Shown here: positions 62,520 to 64,000 of the stretch, piece by piece | Layout of the letters: each line of letters starts with the position of its first letter | How positions within the stretch are numbered: the stretch's first letter is position 1 | Assembly: GCF_004010195.1 (NCBI RefSeq) | Contig: NC_057718.1 | Coordinates: 3,750,917 to 3,814,916 of the forward strand | DNA from: Chiloscyllium plagiosum | Lineage: Eukaryota | DNA length: 64,000 nt | Direction of reading: 5' to 3' | The notes under the pieces: model-generated | Told to the model about the DNA's origin: nothing | What the model saw: the letters and a program-made list of their open reading frames with translations, nothing else | The model's database searches: none | Program-made: the position numbers and the translations under genes

Positions 62520-64000
62520 ACCAGAAGATAAAGGAGGAGGATTCGGCCATTCAGCCCCTTAAACCTGCTCCATCATTGAAAGAGATCGTGGCTGTTCTGC
62601 TAAACCCCATCTCCGCTTTCCTGCCTTTTCCCCATAACTCTTAATTCTGTTACTCATTAAAAATTTGTTTCTCTCAAACTTGTATATACTTCATGACCCA
62701 GCATCAACAGCCCTCTGCAGTAAAGAATTCCATAGATTCACTTTCTCAGGGAGAAGAAATTCCTCCTCATCCCATCTTAAATCGGACACTCATCCTTCTG
62801 AGATTTCACCGTCTGGTCCCAGAGTCTCCCCGAAGGGGAAACAACCTCCTCTTTGTATTCACCCTATCAAGGCCCAACGAGGCTGATAGGTTTCAAATCT
62901 TCTTTTCATTCTAAAATACAGTCAGGACATGTCTCTGTTCCTTTGGAGGGAGAATAAAGCTGCGTACACATCATGCAATTAGCCTTACATTTATAGTTGG
63001 AAAATTATTGTTATCAGTTATTATCAGCAGAACACTTGGAAAACATAATCTGATCAAGCAGAGTCAGTGTGGCTTTATAAAAGAAATATCATGTTTGACT
63101 AATTCATTAGTTTTTCAAGAAAGTTTCAACAAGAGTGGATAGTGGGGAAATCTGTTGTGCTTGGATAATAATTGAAGGTGTATATTGGCATGGCTTCAGA
63201 ATTGGCTTATGGACAGGAAACAGTGAAGGAGAGTAAGGGCTCTTTTTCAGGCTGGTGACCCATGATCAGTGGGGGTTCCACAGGGATCAGTGCAGGGACC
63301 TCAACTGTTTACAATTTATATTAATGACTAAGAGAAAGTGAATGTACTGCAGAAATATTTCCAAATTATGAAAATACATGAAGTGGCATTTTGTGTGAAA
63401 GACAGAAACATTTTATGGAGAGATTTGGTAATTTAAGAAATTGGGAAAAAGAATCTGGTCGAGTATAATCTGGGAAAAAGTGAAGTTGCTCATTTTGGAA
63501 GGGAGAACCAAAAAAAAAGGTTCTTATTTAAAATTGCAGAAAGCTACAATACAAAGGGACTTCAGGAAATTTGTGCAGGTAATATAAAAGCTAGCAGACA
63601 GGAGCAGCAACTAATCAGGAAGACAAATGATATGTTGGCCCTTATTTCAAGGGAGTTGTACTATAAGAGAAGGGAATTCTTACTGCATCTGTAACATGTG
63701 CTGGTGATGCCACATCTGCAGTACTGTCAGCGGTTTTTGTTCCAATATTTAAAGAAGGACATTGTTTCATTGGAGACAGTTCAGGGATTGTTCACAAGGA
63801 TCATCTGTGGGATGGAAGGATTGGCTTATGAGTGAAGGCTGAACAGTTTGGGACTCTACTCAATGGAATTTAGAAGAATGAGAAGTGATCTAATTGAAAC
63901 ATACAGGACTCTGAAGGGGCCTGATCGGGTAAATGCTGAGAGAACATTTCCCATCATGGGAGAGTCTACGACCAGAGAGCACAGTCTCAGAACAAAGGAG
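62520..64000. mobile_element. Old CR1 fragments (minus ~62520-62880; plus ~62960-64000)
   Basis: CR1 3' UTR motif; GVPQGSV-GPQLF-like and PHLQYC-like remnants. Confidence 0.72.

Overview
Repeat-rich vertebrate genomic DNA, most likely from a shark (HE1-type tRNA-SINEs, abundant CR1 LINEs, Penelope-like and Gypsy elements). Among the transposon remnants lies one plus-strand gene, mostly invisible in the ORF track. It has six tandem 345-348 nt phase-1/phase-1 exons (9174-42684), each encoding a complete germline-joined VJ-type Ig variable domain (C...W...Y[YS]C plus a J-like G strand, no RSS). These are followed by a stalk/transmembrane exon (43241-43391) and four small cytoplasmic exons (45286-45329, 48173-48246, 51521-51562, 52746-52788). 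All splice phases match, and the exons give an uninterrupted ~808 aa frame. The 80-aa tail carries two YxN motifs and a C-terminal ITAM (DSTYMPL-x7-YSEL-stop) split across an intron. No leader exon was recognised; it is probably upstream of the window. The V array grew by tandem duplication of exon plus flanking intron, which can be traced through shared and empty TE insertion sites. Other notable items are minimal hammerhead ribozyme motifs in Penelope-like elements, a Gmr1-like Gypsy element (integrase before RT) inside a nested TE stack, and two minisatellites. TE boundaries are approximate; exon boundaries were read base by base. No database searches were run.
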